NCBI GenBank assembly: GCA_032718475.1
Contig: JAUCBJ010006714.1
Span: forward strand, 1-64,000
Reading direction: 5' to 3'
DNA from: Nemertoderma westbladi
Lineage: Eukaryota > Animalia > Xenacoelomorpha
DNA length: 64,000 bases
The translations under genes and the position numbers were made by a program. Shown here piece by piece: positions 61,901 to 64,000 of the stretch (within the stretch, counting starts at the first letter, position 1; each line of letters opens with the position of its first letter). The notes beneath the pieces were generated by a model. The model was given only the letters and a program-made list of their open reading frames with translations, had not been told where the DNA came from and did no database searches.

Positions 61901-64000
61901 ACGTCTACGCGTTTTAGTTTTAGCCACTATCCGTAATGTAACAATGTCTACGCGTTTTAGTTTTAGCCACTAACCGTAATGTCACGACGTCTACGCGTTT
62001 TAGTTTTAGCCACTATCCGTAATGTCACAACGTTTACGCGTTTTAGTTTTAGCCACTAACCGTAATGTCACGACGTCTACGCGTTTTAGTTTTAGCCACT
62101 ATCCGTAATGTAACAACATCTACGCGTTTTAGTTTTAGCCACTAACCGTAATGTCCCAACGTCTACGCGTTTTAGTTTTAGCCACTATCCGTAATGTAAC
62201 AATGTCTACGCGTTTTAGTTTTAGCCACTAACCGTAATGTCACAACGTCTACGCGTTTTAGTTTTAGCCACTAACCGTAATGTCACGACGTCTACGCGTT
62301 TTAGTTTTAGCCACTATCCGTAATGTCACAACGTTTACGCGTTTTAGTTTTAGCCACTAACCGTAATGTAACAACGTCTACGCGTTTTAGTTTTAGCCAC
62401 TAACCGTAATGTCACGACGTCTACGCGTTTTAGTTTTAGCCACTATCCGTAATGTAACAACATCTACGCGTTTTAGTTTTAGCCACTAACCGTAATGTCA
62501 CGACGTCTACGCGTTTTAGTTTTAGCCACTATCCGTAATGTAACAACGTCTACGCGTTTTAGTTTTAGCCACTAACCGTAATGTCACGACGTCTACGCGT
62601 TTTAGTTTTAGCCACTATCCGTAATGTAACAACGTCTACGCGTTTTAGTTTTAGCCACTAACCGTAATGTCACGACGTCTACGCGTTTTAGTTTTAGCCA
62701 CTATCCGTAATGTAACAACGTCTACGCGTTTTAGTTTTAGCCACTATCCGTAATGTAACAACGTCTACGCGTTTTAGTTTTAGCCACTATCCGTAATGTA
62801 ACAACGTCTACGCGTTTTAGTTTTAGCCACTAACCGTAATGTCACGACGTCTACGCGTTTTAGTTTTAGCCACTAACCGTAATGTCACGACGTCTACGCG
62901 TTTTAGTTTTAGCCACTATCCGTAATGTAACAACGTCTACGCGTTTTAGTTTTAGCCACTAACCGTAATGTCACGACGTCTACGCGTTTTAGTTTTAGCC
63001 ACTATCCGTAATGTAACAACGTCTACGCGTTTTAGTTTTAGCCACTAACCGTAATGTCACGACGTCTACGCGTTTTAGTTTTAGTCACTATCCGTAATGT
63101 AACAACGTCTACGCGTTTTAGTTTTAGCCACTATCCGTAATGTAACAACGTCTACGCGTTTTAGTTTTAGCCACTAACCGTAATGTCACGACGTCTACGC
63201 GTTTTAGTTTTAGCCACTATCCGTAATGTAACAACGTCTACGCGTTTTAGTTTTAGCCACTAACCGTAATGTCACGACGTCTACGCGTTTTAGTTTTAGC
63301 CACTATCCGTAATGTAACAACATCTACGCGTTTTAGTTTTAGCCACTAACCGTAATGTCACGACGTCTACGCGTTTTAGTTTTAGCCACTAACCGTAATG
63401 TCACAACGTCTACGCGTTTTAGTTTTAGCCACTAACCGTAATGTCACAACGTCTACGCGTTTTAGTTTTAGCCACTAACCGTAATGTCACAACGTCTACG
63501 CGTTTTAGTTTTAGCCACTATCCGTAATGTAACAACGTCTACGCGTTTTAGTTTTAGCCACTATCCGTAATGTAACAACGTCTACGCGTTTTAGTTTTAG
63601 CCACTAACCGTAATGTCACGACGTCTACGCGTTTTAGTTTTAGCCACTATCCGTAATGTAACAACATCTACGCGTTTTAGTTTTAGCCACTAACCGTAAT
63701 GTCACGACGTCTACGCGTTTTAGTTTTAGCCACTAACCGTAATGTCACGACGTCTACGCGTTTTAGTTTTAGCCACTATCCGTAATGTCACGACGTCTAC
63801 GCGTTTTAGTTTTAGCCACTAACCGTAATGTCACAACGTCTACGCGTTTTAGTTTTAGCCACTATCCGTAATGTCACAACGTCTACGCGTTTTAGTTTTA
63901 GCCACCAACCGTAATGTAACAACGTCTACGCGTTTTAGTTTTAGCCACTAACCGTAATGTCACGACGTCTACGCGTTTTAGTTTTAGCCACTATCCGTAA
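10917..64000. repeat. 43-bp tandem satellite array, ~1,230 copies, running off the window end
   Basis: Unit GTCTACGCGTTTTAGTTTTAGCCACTA(A/T)CCGTAATGT(C/A)AC(A/G)AC. Head-to-tail in one orientation with no insertions seen. Only a small recurrent set of substitutions and one 1-bp deletion variant. MluI site (ACGCGT) in most units. Confidence 0.99.

Noticed and set aside
10917-64000. CRISPR array
   Set aside because: No unique spacers; whole units repeat with only point variants; no cas genes; eukaryotic context.
10917-64000. Telomeric repeat (TTTTAG resembling TTAGG/TTAGGG)
   Set aside because: Only two TTTTAG per 43-bp unit and no G-runs; not a telomerase-type simple repeat.

Overview
Eukaryotic (metazoan, probably invertebrate) genomic DNA, not prokaryotic. 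The first ~10.9 kb holds a decayed LINE-like fragment, a 3.1-kb long-TIR DNA transposon with a 5-bp TSD (carrying a transposase-like remnant, a 33/99-bp minisatellite and a nested TA-flanked MITE), an intronless GLD-2/TENT2 poly(A) polymerase gene split into two ORFs offset by +1 at a TAA stop, a ~960-bp TIR element with a 9-bp TSD, a divergent GPR45/GPR63-type GPCR, small repeats, and a probable last exon of a minus-strand gene. From ~10.92 kb to the end of the window (~53 kb, ~1,230 copies) is one uninterrupted head-to-tail 43-bp satellite, consensus GTCTACGCGTTTTAGTTTTAGCCACTA(A/T)CCGTAATGT(C/A)AC(A/G)AC, with regional variant domains and local higher-order repeats. It apparently lies in an intron of the minus-strand gene. 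Most notable hypotheses: the monomer parses on the + strand as a 9-nt microexon plus a 34-nt GT-AG intron and contains a bipartite STAR/QKI-type RNA motif; and the GLD-2 junction could be a +1 frameshift. All calls were made by eye; no searches were run.
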